NCBI GenBank assembly: GCA_965287045.1
Contig: OZ336878.1
Coordinates: 104,594,001-104,658,000 of the forward strand
Origin: Carcharhinus amblyrhynchos
Taxonomy: Eukaryota
Direction of reading: 5' to 3'
Length of the DNA stretch: 64,000 nt
Translations under genes and position numbers: made by a program
Shown: positions 13,353-26,792 of the stretch, one piece after another
Position numbering within the stretch: position 1 is the first letter of the stretch
Layout of the letters: each line of letters opens with the position of its first letter
The notes under the pieces: model-generated
What the model saw: the letters and a program-made list of their open reading frames with translations, nothing else
Told to the model about the DNA's origin: nothing
Databases searched by the model: none

Positions 13353-15591
13353 CTGAATACGTAAAGGAAAACAAATGTTCTTACATCTATACGTCTTTGA
13401 CGACGCACACGACTGTTCTCCGAGATCCTGCATCAAATTTTGCAAGCATGATGCAAACATTAGGCATGGCTGTTTGTTAGGGATTTCAATGCCTCATTCA
13501 AATTGGATTGCAGTTGCTATACGTTGGTAGTACTGTCATTGGTACAATGAACATAAATTGATAAGTCGAAACGCTGGTGCTTTCTGATTATGCCTTCCCA
13601 GTAAATTAGGTCTAACTTCCCAAATTCCTGCTAAAAGCGAAATCTATTGTGCCAGCTCAAAGGTGAACTGTGCACCTAGAATAAATTGATCCCTTTTATG
13701 CACTGTAAGCAGAGTACCTTTATCCTGTACTTGTGGTGTAAAGTTAATCGGATCAAATTGTCCTGTCATGAATGCTAGTTTCAGCTAATCCCTATTTTTC
13801 CAATTGTTTGACCATGTATGCTAGCCAGTTGGCTGTCCCAGGAAACCAATGGTTGTCCATGGTGCAACAAGACTGCGTAAATATAGAATTCTTAATTTTA
13901 GATATACCATAATAATTTGACTATTTTAAGGTGCCTTATGAGAATTCACAATGTGCCGAGAACAAAATATGCAAAGGTATCATAAAATGCAAATTAACCA
14001 CGTATTATTTTACAACCTTATATTGTATTTTCAATATATATGTATTGTGCGTCTTTGTCAACTTCTGTTTGCATGCAGCATGATGGGAAACACAATAGAG
14101 ACAGACCAAATTCTTTTTTCATACAATGGAACACAGAAAGTCAGCTTCTCTTATGTGTTTTTGGATACACGAAAACATGTTTAAATCATAGGCTTGTTAT
14201 TTAAGGGAGTAAATTCTCCATGAGTAGCGAGGCTGGAGCAGTCTCTCAAGCTGATAAAGCAAACCCAGGTTCCAGTGAAAGAGGACTCATTTCACTAAGT
14301 AAATTCACATATAGCCTTGGACACTGGGAATGACTTGGGTTAGGTTTCTTCGGTAAAGTGGAAAGAACTTACATGGGCAATAAGCTAATAATTTGTTTTT
14401 CCTGTTGACAGGTGGAACGTTATTGGTTAAGGTAATAATTTTGAGTATTGTGATTGGGCCCTCCAGTCTGATTGACAAGACTAGGTGGGATATTGAAATG
14501 TTCAGAATAATATAATAATTTGCATTAAACTATATTACCTCAGAGAAAACATTTTATCCTCATTGACTGTGTTTCTCTCCTGATGCATACGTCAGCAAAC
14601 AAAATCGTTTTCGTTCTCAAACTATATACTATCTTTTGAAGTCTATGTATTGGTTTAATGAACTTCGACAAGCACAGGGAACTCCAGGGGACATCTCAGA
14701 AAATTCCCCTTGCACTTTGTGTGCACTGCAAGCAGTGGTACCTTCATCACCTTCCTATGGTGTAACGATAATAGCATCAGGTTGCTATGCCATGAATGGT
14801 ATTTGCTGCCATTCCCATTTTTTTCTCACTTGTTTAACCTTGTAAGGTAGCCCGTTTGCGGCCCCAGGGAAACTTTGACGTCTGTGATGTGACAAGACAG
14901 CGTAAACACATGTCGTATGGTTTTCAATTTTTTTAGTGATGAGAGAAAAACAAAATCACACCATTGCATTGATTTGGAAGTACTCTTAATATAGGTTTGT
15001 CTTGGAGTCCATGTAAAAAAGTGATATTTTCGAAGCATGTTATGGACAAATGGATGGGTATTAATTGCCCTCCAGAATGTGGGAAAACTGGATGCCTGGC
15101 TGCAATGAGTAAATGCATATTAGCCTGGAGCAAATGCCTGCAATTTAGCGATTTTGGTAATCTGACGAGTTTAATTAATGCACAATACGTGGTGCAGGGG
15201 CATGTATCCCGTCATCGTCTGACTAAAATTTGATAACAATAAAAAAATGGCGGCTGGTGTTTTACATCCTTAGGTTCATCAGAACGTACAACTTCGAAAT
15301 CCTTACTGAGACTCTTCGTATCAATAGAAACAAAATATCCACAATAGTGTATACATATAATTTTCCAATTAATTCCAACAGTGAGGCAAAATCCCACAAC
15401 GACTGTAAGATTATGCGGAACGGGCAGAAGATTAGGTTTATCGGTATAGCTTGTTAAAAGGAAACAAGTTACAGTTGAAAAAAAATGGACCCTCTTGCAT
15501 TCTGTTTTGCTACGGTTGACAGTGAATACCAAAATATTTCCGCTAATCACGAAACTTGTCTTATTTTAGAGCCAAGCCGTAGTTCTGTTAC

Positions 15592-15624
15592 CTTCAGTTG
15601 GGGACAGCTTCAATCTGTCCAATT
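15592..15624 (-). CDS. 33-nt phase 1-1 microexon candidate, (E)LDRLKLSPTE
   Basis: ttgactttgtttacag|AATTGGACAGATTGAAGCTGTCCCCAACTGAAG|gtaaca. L2/L5 continue the heptad register from 21756-21782, then a Pro breaks it. Confidence 0.6.
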
Positions 15625-15764
15625 CTGTAAACAAAGTCAACTCAATCAGCTCTTTCATAACACAGGAAGGACAAGTTGAGTTCAAATTTCTCACATCTAA
15701 GGTTATTTCTTCTTTTGTTTTAAGGCGACATGTGACCCTTTGCGGTCGTTTACAGGAAAGAGAT

Positions 15765-16095
15765 AGAGAACCTGCTGACTGGTGCAACGACACCAATCTC
15801 TCCCTCAATGTCAACAAAATGAAATAGTCATCAACTTCAGGAAGCGTAGTAGAAGGCATGCACCTGTCTACATCTATGAAGACGAAATAGAAATGTTTGA
15901 GAACTTCAAGTATTTAGGTGTCCAGATCACCAACAACCTGACCTGGCCCCTCCATGCGGTTACCGCAATTAAGAAAGCATACCAACGTCTCTATTTTCTC
16001 AGAGTCTAAGGAAGTTGGTATGTCTGCTTCAACTCTCACCAACAGATGCACAGTAGAAAGAACTTTAGTTCTGGATTTATCACAGCTCATGAATG
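15765..16095 (+). mobile_element. Non-LTR retrotransposon RT C-terminal remnant (Rex1/Babar-like), interrupted by the inverted-terminus element
   Basis: ORF 15782..16009 includes FKYLGVQITNNLTW…KKAYQRLYFLR, preceded by WCNDTNLSLNVNK in another frame. Confidence 0.7.
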
Positions 16096-16895
16096 TGTGA
16101 GCGCGAGTGGGCGAAACGACCACTTCGGACTCAGGGTGAAGTTCAATAACGGTACAGCTTTATTTTCTTTACGTCGACGGAGAAGTGCAGTCAGGACATA
16201 CAATCGGACTGTTCCGAAAGCTCTCTGCCTGTCCCTTGCAGCAGGCTATGGTTATACCAGAACTTCGGTGCAGTATGCGATTCAAATGCTAATACTTTAT
16301 TTACAGCATTCGACCTTAGCCATCCTGTCTCAATGTTTTCAAGTGTTGAGGAAATTGTTTTAGGTGTGTGTTAATTGTTTTGTCTGATTGGTTATTTAAT
16401 AGTCTAGAATCTCCGGGGTTTGAACCATAGGTGTGTCATTGATCTCAAAAGAGGTTTTGAGGGGCCAGGAATGTTTCCTTAACTATGCTAATTTTAGGTG
16501 TCTCCATGGGTTGTTTGACTGTTTTAAAAGTGCTGATTTTGATGGGGTGGAGATTTAGTTCCTGCAGGTGCCATCCTGTCCAGCTTCCCTTATGTGCTAG
16601 CCTTCATTTGCATTCTAAAAGCATGCTCTTGCCTACTGTTCGATGTCTGTTAGTTTGTGATTTTTAGTGGAGAGGCTCTGAGTGTAACTTTAGTCTGTTT
16701 CCATTTCCTGTGCCCAATTTCATAAAATTTGTTGTCCGATAACAGATGTATCATGGATCCTGCTGTGTCCAGGACCGCAAGAAACAACAAAACTGTGCGA
16801 GGGACGGGCAGAGCACTTTCCGGGCAGTCCGAATGCATGTCCTGACTGCGCTTCTCCTTAGTCCGTAGTGGTCGTTTCGCCCACTCGCGCTAACA
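16096..16895. mobile_element. 800-bp non-coding element with TGT…ACA ends and long imperfect terminal inverted repeats
   Basis: 16096-16135 matches the reverse complement of 16856-16895 at 37/40. A second block, 16179-16240, matches the reverse complement of 16796-16857 at about 52/62. Confidence 0.8.
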
Positions 16896-18044
16896 ACAGC
16901 TATTGTGCAAGTCTAAACTTAGGTGGGCTTTAATATTTATTTCATTACTTGCATTCCTGGTGCTAGATTGAAGCAAAGTAGAACTTGGATTCTACAAGTT
17001 GTTTAGAATGTTGTTTTTAATGTCAATTTCGGCAAATTGTCTCAAAAATATGGTCACACAAAATGGATAATATCCTTCAAAAATAACTAAGCATCCTACA
17101 CCATAAATATCAACATTACTTCAGTCGGCACACTCAAAGGAAGTAAGATTTCGCTGCAAAACAACTTGAACTGAAAAAAAAGTATTATTTGCCTCAGGAG
17201 ACTTTTACGAAATAATCTTTGCATTTTAACTGAAGTTGCACGATGTTAAGTTGTGGAAACAGTATAAATTTTCAGAAGTACTGAATACCTTGAAATATAA
17301 ATATAAATTTGCGGCTGCTGCGTAAATGCACTGACATGTAAGGTGATCAAGTAAGAATGACCACCGCAGAATTACTGCCGGTGTAATAGTTAATCATAAA
17401 TATTTTAGTTTAAATGACTCATTATGCTCCATTACTTTATTTTGATACACACTGAGCAAGTGAAGTTAATTTCTGAAAGCAGAAATCAAAATTAGCCAAA
17501 ATACTCTCGATTTCTTAGTTAGTACGCAGAACTTATCGGGCTGTCTATAAGCAGACGGGCAACACTGTCCAAGTCAACATTATTCAGCCTGCAATTATCG
17601 TCTGCGGGAAGGAAATGTCCTTCACTTTGAAGTACAGCCCTCCAGGCATGATGCCTTGGATGGACTGCAAGGACTTTGACCACCAGAAGGTGCAGTAGCG
17701 TGGATTCAAGTCAATTTACGTCAGCATATGTCTTTCATAGGTAATAGTAGGTGTCAATGAATGATTATCTCTTGTCCTTCCAACTGTTAGTGGTCGACGG
17801 CTTGGGGAGTCATACCGAAGTAGATACTGCATTGCATTTTCCAAATCAAACACTTAGCTGCAGTGGAGCATCAGTTAAAATGAAACAATGCTTCAGGTTT
17901 TGGGTATGGAGCAAGATTTTTTTCTCTGTGATCTTTACTGTTAAATTTTACGTATTGTTGTCGCCAGTGGGCTTCACATTAACACTGCAGTGTTGTTACT
18001 GTGAAAATCCGCTAGTCGCCACACTCAGGCGTCTGTCCACGTAC

Positions 18045-18232
18045 ACTAGGCAATGCAGCTAAGCAGTACATCTTTCAGACTGTGAGAGGAAACGGGAGCA
18101 AACAAGGAAACCCACGCAAATACAGGGAGAACTTGCACACATCAGTCAGATGGTAACGAAAGCTGGATCTCGAAGCGAGGCCTCTGTTGAAGTGAGGCAA
18201 CAGTGTTGACTAATGTAGCACCTTGACACCCT
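18045..18232 (-). mobile_element. Decayed HE1-type SINE
   Basis: acatctttcagactgtgagaggaaacgggagca…ggaaacccacgcaaatacagggagaacttgcaca (reverse V-domain). Confidence 0.7.
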
Positions 18233-19131
18233 ATGTGCCAAATTTCATGAATGAAGTTTGAACTGTAGTCATTTAGGCGAGAGAAGGCGAAAGCCACTAA
18301 ATTGCTAACATGCGTGGGCGAGTTATAGAAGTTGCACCATTAGTTTATCACCATATATTCGAAGATTCCAACTTGCCATTGTAGCTTGAACTTTTCTAAG
18401 ACAAGTTCAGTAAAGATCGCGATCAAAGGTAATGCACGAGTTGTTGCCAAATGAAAATTTATTGATATTTAGGTCATTGACTGTCAAAAAAAGTGTTATG
18501 TTTTCTCTTCTTGGTAATGATCATTACTTGACACTTTCTGTTACACGAATATAACTTGTGCGTCAGCAGCTGAAGCCTGAATGTCCGGGCACCTGTAATG
18601 GTTCTGTTTCTAAATGGTTGTGTTTCTAAATGGTTGTGATAACTTTCATCCCCGCCAAGTATTGCTGAATATCCCCACGTCTGCTTCTATCTTTTCTGGA
18701 GATACAAATATGCGGTTCATATGATGTTTACATATTGGAAGTATATTATAGGTGCCCGGACATTCAGGCTTCAGCTGCTGACGCACAAATTATATTCGTG
18801 TAACAGAAAGTGTCAAGTAATGATCATTACCAAGAAGAGAAAACAGAACACTTTTTTGACAGTCAATGACCTAAATATGAATAAATTTTCATTTGGCAAC
18901 AACTCGTGCATTACCTTTGACCGCGATCTTTACTGAACTTGTCATAGAAAAGTTCAAGCTACAATGGCAAGTTGGAATCTTCGAATATATGGTGATAAAC
19001 TAATAGTGCAACTTCTATAACTCGCCCACGCATGTTAGCAATTTAGTGGCTTTCGCCTTCTCTCGCCTAAATGACTACAGTTCAAACTTCATTCAAGAAA
19101 TTTGGCACATAGGGTGTCAAGGTGGTACATT
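18212..19131. repeat. Long inverted duplication: arms about 18212-18599 and 18745-19131, 145-bp spacer
   Basis: The arms are reverse complements over about 388 bp, with about 10 differences counted by eye. The spacer contains a 16-bp direct duplication tgtttctaaatggttg x2 (18605-18636). Confidence 0.95.
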
Positions 19132-21755
19132 TAGCCTAACTTAAGAAGATCATGTGAAACTTTCTGCAATTTAGCTGACAGTAATGCTGGATGCTTTTGT
19201 TGTTGGACATTATTTGCTGTGAAAAAAACTGCAAGTTTTTTTTCCTGCAGGCAATAGTAATAAGGGTGGGCAATGGGTATAATGTAAGCCTACGACAATC
19301 CGAAAAATGCACTAGGTATTTGTTACAGAATGTTATTTTAATACAACAACGTTGAACGGAAACCATTGCTTGTTTCACCACTGAACGTGACGTCATCACC
19401 TGTTGCTGTTGCCACCATTGTACATTTGTATATTAACTGCCGTTAGTTCTAATTCTATTCTGTGACGGTAGTTTCGATGTTTAACTAACTGCTCCCTATT
19501 ATGAGTTCATATTTTATTTTAACTTCATTTATAGTTATATATTTAAAAACTTAAACATTCACAACAGGATTCAATTACGTTTTTGTGTATTCAAGTCACC
19601 ATTGTGTGTATAGTTAATAAAAACGCCATCGAATTCTAAGAGGAAAGTGAGTTCGAATCATGGCCAACGACTAAGCATTTTAGCCAGATGCAAGTTCGAT
19701 ATTTTTAACGTTGCTGTGGAGTGGGAAATCGATTAGCTATGAAAATTTCCTTCAAATCAACGAATGTCACAAATGGACGGCAGTTCCAGCAGACGAACGA
19801 GAATTCCTGACTTTGAGCACTACGGCAGGCAATTCCAGGAAGGAGACAGACACAGTTGAAGAGACATGCCTTGCATCCAACTAAGGATTTCGCACTCCCT
19901 CCGGCATGATCAAAACTGTGAAGAATCGGAAGAAAGGACTTTCCTACATGCGATAGATTGGAGGAAATCTCTGAAAGCTGAGAAAAGAAAACACATGGAG
20001 ACCGGAATCAGTCTTAACCTATTACTCGGCGAAATTAGGATTAGTACAATGATTGGAAGGTGGGAGAAAAAGTGGTCTGTTTGTTTCCACGGCTAAATCG
20101 GCGTGGACTGTGATGCACCATGAGTGTAAACAGGAAACTTTTTCCTATACATTTGAATGTATGCGTTTCTTACAAAAACAATGTACTGTTCAACCGTTTT
20201 TTTTTAAAGGAAAATGTCTCCCGTCAAATGCAATCACATAACAACTAATAGTTCTAAATTCTTTTTACAAATAGTCGCACTCTATAGAGATGGTAACATT
20301 GGGAAGATTCTTGATCAGGCAGTTGCAGCTTGAACAAAGGAAAATCTCATTATGATCTTCTGTCAATACAACAAAGGGTTAATGTAATTCATAACTAAAA
20401 CAGTAGGTGCATATAATTTAGGCACTACCTGCCCAGAGGTTTCCTCAGTAGCCATTTGTTTCAATTTTAAGAGTGCTCCTTGATGACATAGCGGGCCAAT
20501 GGAGCCTTGATGTCGCGAAAAATAATTTATCATAATTTTTAGACACCATCCACACTTGCACAATTACAGAAATGAGATCTATAGCTGAGCTGGCGTTGCG
20601 GAACTCAATTGGGCATCACTAAGCACATTTTTGCTGAGATTGCAAGATACATGAGCTAAGACTGGTGTATTCACATTTACACCTTCGCCCAGCTGAAGTC
20701 TCCCAACTCGACTTCAGAACTGAGTAAAAACGTCTGAATAGATAATGAAGATTATATGATTTCAATTATTTTTGTTAGGTATATTGAACATAACATTGCC
20801 TTCCCTGATTCTTATTTTCCTGGTTTAGGAAATGTTCTTGACCAATATCTGAGGGAATATGATCGTACGTATTCGATATTACATCAGTAATAGCTGCAGT
20901 TTACCAGGCCATGAATTGTTTGATGGTGGATCGTGCAATCAGGCATGCAGAGTTATCTACTGGTGCCACGTTATACTGGTCGATGTTGTCGTCTTCCAAG
21001 CAACTCATGCAGAACAGCTGGCATGTGTTGATAAATACTGCACCGCCAGTGAATGATAACGTCTGACGTGCCTTGTTGCTCTGAGGAAAATTATAGGAGA
21101 AGACTTGGAAGTGTCTTGAGTTTTATATAAACTTCTTTGCACTGGTTGGTCAAATAGAACATCCTTGCCTCCGTTCGGGGGATGAAATTTACCTGACTGC
21201 TTTGGCTAGATTTTTCATCAGTTGGGAAATCAAGAGTTATGGGGAAGGCACAGGGAATTGGATGTGGGGAATGTTGCATCAGCCATAATCATATTGAATG
21301 GCAGAGCCAGAAGAGTGGGCCCTACATTCGACTGCTGGAAACTTCTGTTTCCTATGGTTTGGTTGATCATATTTGGAGTTAAAATTTAGTTTCATGAAGC
21401 ACATATACGTAGTGTGCAGGGGAAGTGCAGTCGGTAGGCGAAATTATCTTGCCAAAAAACAACATCCTGTTGAAGGAGAACATTTATTTCACGAAAATCA
21501 TTTACACAGCTCAGATTTTAGAGACTTGTGGGTTGAAATTACTTTAGCATGCAACAAGATGGGAGATATTTAAAAAACATGGCATGTCACGTATTTTCAA
21601 TATAGGCGGAGCCAAGTACTATTTCGGGCCTTCAACGTTGTGCCATCTTTTCAAACAATTGAGGCAGAAAGTGCCATTAAGGGGAATAACTAATATTCTG
21701 AATTAAAGTGGAAATTACAAAACTATGCTAGCTAAATGTATTTTAAAATACTCAC

Positions 21756-21782
21756 CGGCGTCTTTCTCATTAAGTTTGAGCT
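21756..21782 (-). CDS. 27-nt phase 1-1 microexon, (E)LKLNEKDA
   Basis: ggttttcttttgtag|AGCTCAAACTTAATGAGAAAGACGCCG|gtgagt. L4/K7. Confidence 0.85.
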
Positions 21783-21981
21783 CTACAAAAGAAAACCAAT
21801 TTGCAAACATCCATGGATTATCGGTGAGAGTTATCATTAAAAAAATCATAAAGTAATTACAAGTAATTTGATACCATTATTTGATATTCGGTAAATAAAA
21901 TCAATAATCTGCTTAATTATGTTACATGGTAACGGTAATGTTTTCCGCACTGCATTAATGCAAAAACCAATGTGTTGATAC

Positions 21982-22017
21982 CTGCAATTGTTAGCTTGCG
22001 CTGGAAATTACGGAGTT
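21982..22017 (-). CDS. 36-nt phase 1-1 microexon, (E)LRNFQRKLTIA
   Basis: Long T-tract…ttag|AACTCCGTAATTTCCAGCGCAAGCTAACAATTGCAG|gtatca. L2/F5/L9/A12. Found where the heptad register predicted a 36-nt exon. Confidence 0.75.
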
Positions 22018-23224
22018 CTAAAAAAAAAATCCGATCAGTGAAATTATAAAATCAAACAATCATAGAATCCCTATAGTGTAAAAAGAGGCCATATTTCTTG
22101 TTTAGTCTGAATAACATTCGTTTTGATATCAAAATCGCCCATACTCATCACAGTAAGTGTTTGTTTTCATTTGAAATACAGGACGTTTGTTATTTTAGAG
22201 TTTCTCAGCATTGTTATGGAATCATACATTCAGGATTAATTACAAGCTGTTTTACTCGTTCGTCAAATGTTTAAGTGCGTACATAGCGTTGACGCATCAA
22301 CTTACATTATCATAAAGGATGGTGTAATTTCATCATCTCAGTAAAAATTGACTACTGCACCGCCTAGTACTGATAACCCGTGATCATGTTTTCTTATCTC
22401 CTGTGCAACTTACACACTATGCAAATAACATATTTCTGGAGGCGGCCAATATTGATCTCAATGGCAGAGAGTCGAATTAGCAAACATTTTGTATTGAACA
22501 CATCGGAATTCTTGAATGTTTTTGCACCAATGTCTACTGCAGTGAATCATAATTATTCCATTACCTTCCTCGTGTCAAAATTACTAAAAGGTTTTCAGGG
22601 GTCTTGAGCTTGCAATATCGAAATATGGATATCATAAATAAAATGGCGGTCTGACTTCTTGTAAGGGGATCAATAATTCAGGATAGCTTCAAAATAACCT
22701 GGAACTATTTGAATTTATTCTGAGGAACTAATCAAATACTACAACATTTGTCGGTTTGAAAAATTAATTTATTTCTAAAAGAAAAATACAGAAAATGTTG
22801 GGTATTTTATTATGTGATCATAGGATATTGGCTTTGTTGTCTTGTAGAGCATGCATTGTCACCTCAAAATTGTATTTGAACTGAATAGCTTTCTTGATCA
22901 ACTCAGATGACATTTACGAGTCAACCCATTTATTTTGGGATTGCGACTAAACCAGTCAAGGATTGCAAATTTCCGTTCCAGAAGGGCACAAATGAACTTG
23001 ATGCTTATTTTACAATACACGGCAATGTTTCGTGCTCATCATTAGACTCTAATTCCATGTAACTTTATTGAACTCAAATTTCAACACCTGCCATGGGGGG
23101 CGGGGGAATGGAACACAGCAACTGTACACTCCCCCCTCCCCCCCTCGCCAACCCACAGATCATTAATGCATTGTCCGTTCAGTAAAGATATCACGAAACT
23201 TTCAGCTCCTCATAAACTCTACAG

Positions 23225-24200
23225 ATATAGTAGCATCTGTGAAGAGAAACAGAATTAATAGTTCGGACCTATTGGTATTTCTAGTGAACGGATGGATGGA
23301 TTAATGTTGACATTTGGAAAGTGGCGGAGGAGGTAGGGCGAAATAGACGACCAGTGATAGACCAGGATAAAGGAATTATTGACAATTATTTCTTAGATGT
23401 AGCAAAGGGGAACGCTAATAGTGACATTAAGGAATACACAGTGTTACTAGCCGCAGAAGGTAAGATACCAGAATGTGCTAATTGGTGCATTGAAGAATAC
23501 GGACAAACTAAGTAGAGGAGTTGAGGGTGTCATAGCCATGTTAGGGGAGACCATGTGGCTGAAATACAACTGACACCAAACTGTAAAATGGGACACATGG
23601 TTAAGATGGAGAGGAAGTTAGCTGTCTCAAATTCTGGAACTCCACTGTTGCGTCCAAAGACTTATCGTGCCTAAATCGTAGACGAAGTATCACAGTACTG
23701 CAGAAGTCCAAGTGTATAAAATGTGGACATGAGATCAAGATGCTCAGCTGATGATTTATTAGTCAGCGGTCGGGTTGTCTCATGGTTGCGGATGGAATGA
23801 AGATATTGCACAAAACAATCAAACAACTTTAAGTTTCGCCTCTGCTATGTAGATGAGACACCATTGAGAGCAGTTAATATCAAACTTAAACAGATACAGG
23901 TGAAACAGCGTTTCATCTGAAATGACCATTTGGGTACTGTGCAAAAATAGATAGGCAGGTGCTGCACTGTTTGCCTTTGCAGGGGTAGGTGCTGTGGGGT
24001 AGAAATAGCTCGTTTGGGACAATTGAAGATTGTACCAGGATGTCGCGAAGGAAAAAGGGCAACGGGGGATGCTAATGGGAGAACATTTGTTTATTGGGGA
24101 TATTATGCTGGATTTGGAGGAGAAGTTGATCCTGTTAAGTTTACCCAGTGTGTTTTGTTAATTTCAGATTCCCAACATCGATAGTATTTTGCTTTCAAAA
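23225..24200. mobile_element. Decayed repeat, probably a Penelope-like remnant
   Basis: Begins with a recurrent motif (gcatctgtgaagagaaacagaattaa, also seen at about 1830 and 11800) and ends …tttcagattcccaacatcgatagtattttgcttt. No intact ORF. Confidence 0.35.
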
Positions 24201-24432
24201 TAGTTTTGGCTGCTGGAATATATCCGGACACCTTTTTTTTAGATCCATAGTATAAGCACATGACTACCCCATACTGACATATTTTTCTTATATTCCAGAT
24301 GCATTCTTTTCAGTGTAACATAAGTAAGATTCCAAAGACTGATAGTGGAAATTAGTTCCCAACTATAAGAGAAAATAAATTGAACTAATTTCAGAATCCA
24401 TTTGGTAAAGCGACATATTTTCAAACACACAC

Positions 24433-24459
24433 CATCGTCTTTCTCTTTCAGGAGTGTGT
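24433..24459 (-). CDS. 27-nt phase 1-1 microexon, (N)TLLKEKDD
   Basis: tatgttttcctcaacag|ACACACTCCTGAAAGAGAAAGACGATG|gtgtgt. Shares GAGAAAGACG with 21756-21782. Confidence 0.75.
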
Positions 24460-25158
24460 CTGTTGAGGAAAACATAATCTAGATAAAATAAATCGCACAC
24501 ACATGTCATTGCATCTTAAGAAGATAACAAACGATTTAAATGATCCTGATTTTATTGGAGTATTTTGGATAGAACAGTGTACAGATCCATTGCATTCAAG
24601 ATTGGTTTTCTTTTCTTTTTCGTGCTTGAACTTTCACCGGTATGAACGCTTCCAGATTAACAATTAGATTTATTCATATGTACACTGAAGTGGCCTGCTC
24701 CACTGAAACAAATTTACGTGAACATTGGAATGATCAAGTCAAACTCTGCTACCACAATAACATTGTTCACTGGGTGGGTGTTTTGTTCTTAATGCCAGCT
24801 TTTGTTTCGATTCAGATTACTTGAAAGAAGGTGGGAATGTGTGACGTTGTTGCATATTTGCAAGGTTATTACAAAAAAGTTAAGGGTTAACTACAGTGCC
24901 ATTGGCTTACTTGTGGCGTGGGTGGACCAGGCCATCACTAAGCTAGATGGACTGTCACAAAACCTGATAGTTTCATCGCACTTATTACCGATGTTAACAT
25001 TTTATTGAAGACATACTAAATAAACTGCAGTATTCTCCCCATGTGACATGTGATGTTTAATGTCTAGTGAAATCCTTCAGATTATAACAACAGTAATGTG
25101 ACAGTAATGCTGCAGTGCTTTTCGAGTGCCACAAATTGGGTACCACATTTACACTCAC

Positions 25159-25194
25159 TATTGTCGTCTATAGTTCGCTGCATTGTTTCAGCTT
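25159..25194 (-). CDS. 36-nt phase 1-1 microexon, (E)AETMQRTIDDN
   Basis: ccattttcattcattttag|AAGCTGAAACAATGCAGCGAACTATAGACGACAATA|gtgagt. A2/M5/I9/N12. Confidence 0.8.
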
Positions 25195-25579
25195 CTAAAA
25201 TGAATGAAAATGGAAACATTTGTCTGATTACTTTTCATAAAAAAAAGTTGAATTAGGTACGAAATTTATGAAAATAAATAAATGAACCGTCGGAATTAGA
25301 TATTAGAAATACATTGTGCGGTAATACAATGTGCAATTATCCGCTTAGCATCAGAGAATCTAGAATCAGTTGCTGACGAGGGCTCTGACACAACTGATTC
25401 TGTACCGACACGTTATAAACACTAGACTTCACGCCTAATGCCATCTACCAGCACATGACCCATGGCCTTGAATGTTATGACGCACCGACTCCGTATCTAC
25501 GTACTTTTAATGGCTAAGATGCAACCCGCCTGCACCATCCTCCGAAGCAGAGTATTCCAGAACATCAAGGCCCTCTGGG

Positions 25580-26792
25580 CACAAAGAAACAACAAAGAAA
25601 ATTTCAGCACAGGAACAGGCCCTTCGGCCCTCCAAACCTGCATGGCCATGCTGCCCGACTTAACTAAAATCTCCTACACTCTATCCCTCTATTCCCACCT
25701 CATTCATGCACTTGTTCAGACTCTCCTTAAAAGTCATTGCCGTGTCCGCTTCCACTACTTGCCCCGGCCACAAGTTCCAGGCACCCACTACTCTCTGTGT
25801 AAAAAAAAAATCTGCCTCATACATCTCTGCTAAAGCTTGCTCCTCAATCTTAAACATATGCCCCCGAGTAATTGGCTCTTCCATTCTTAGAAAAAGCTTC
25901 TGACTATCCATTCCGTCCATGCCTCTCATAATCTTGGAGACTTCTATCAGGTCTCCCCTTAACCTCCGTCGCTCCAGTGAGAACAAACCAAGTTTATCCA
26001 ACCTCTCCTCATGGCTAATGCCCTCAAACCAGGCAACATCCTGGTAAATCGTTTCTGTATCCTCTCCAAAGCCTCCACATCCTTCTGGTAGTGTGGTGAC
26101 CAGAATTGAACACTATATTCCAAGTGTGGCCGAACTAAAGTTCTAAAGTTCTAATGTGACTTGCCAGTTTTTAAACTCAATATCCCGGCTGATGTAGGCA
26201 AATATGCTATATGCCTTCTTGACTAACTTCTCCACTTGTATTGCCACTTTAAGTGACCTGTGTACGTGTGCACCCAGATCCCTTTGCCTATTAATACCCC
26301 GAAGAGTTCCGCCATTTACTGTATATTTCCTACCTCTATTGCCTCACATTTGTCAGGATTAAACTCCATTTGCCATTTCTTCGCCCAAGTCTCCAACCGA
26401 TCTGTATCCTGTTGTATCCTCCGAGAGTCCTCATCAATATCGAGAAATCCACCAACCTTTGTGTCATCCACAAACTTACTAATCAATCCAGTTATATTTT
26501 CCTCCAAATCATTTATATATATTACCAACATGAAAGTTCTCAGCACTGATCCCTGAGGAACACCACTTGTTAAGGCCCTCCATTCAGGAATACACCCTTC
26601 CAATGTCTTCTTTGACAGAGCTAGTTTTCTATCCAACTTGCCAGCTCACTTCTGATCCCATGCAAATTCACCTTGTGCACCAGTCTGCATTGAGAGACTT
26701 TGTCAAAGGCCTTAGTGAAATCCGTATAAACAACATTCACTATCCCACCCTCATCAATCATCTTCGTCACTTCCTCGAAAAACTCGATCCAA
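25580..26792 (-). mobile_element. CR1 (HER1-like) LINE, 5'-truncated, RT fragmented
   Basis: ORFs 26621..26806 (VVYTDFTKAFDKV), 26316..26636 ([10 protein letters not shown]…FVDDTKVGG) and 25681..26001 (LGLFSLERRRLRGDLIEV). Confidence 0.9.

Noticed and set aside
14933-15133. GLQDKPILRVLPNQCNGVIL resembling the start of a butyrophilin IgC exon
   Set aside because: No acceptor at the right place, no Cys/Trp Ig core, and the frame closes immediately.
19780-19977. Strong minus-strand acceptor with an open phase-0 frame
   Set aside because: The peptide is unrecognisable, there is no good donor, and the phase is incompatible with the chain.
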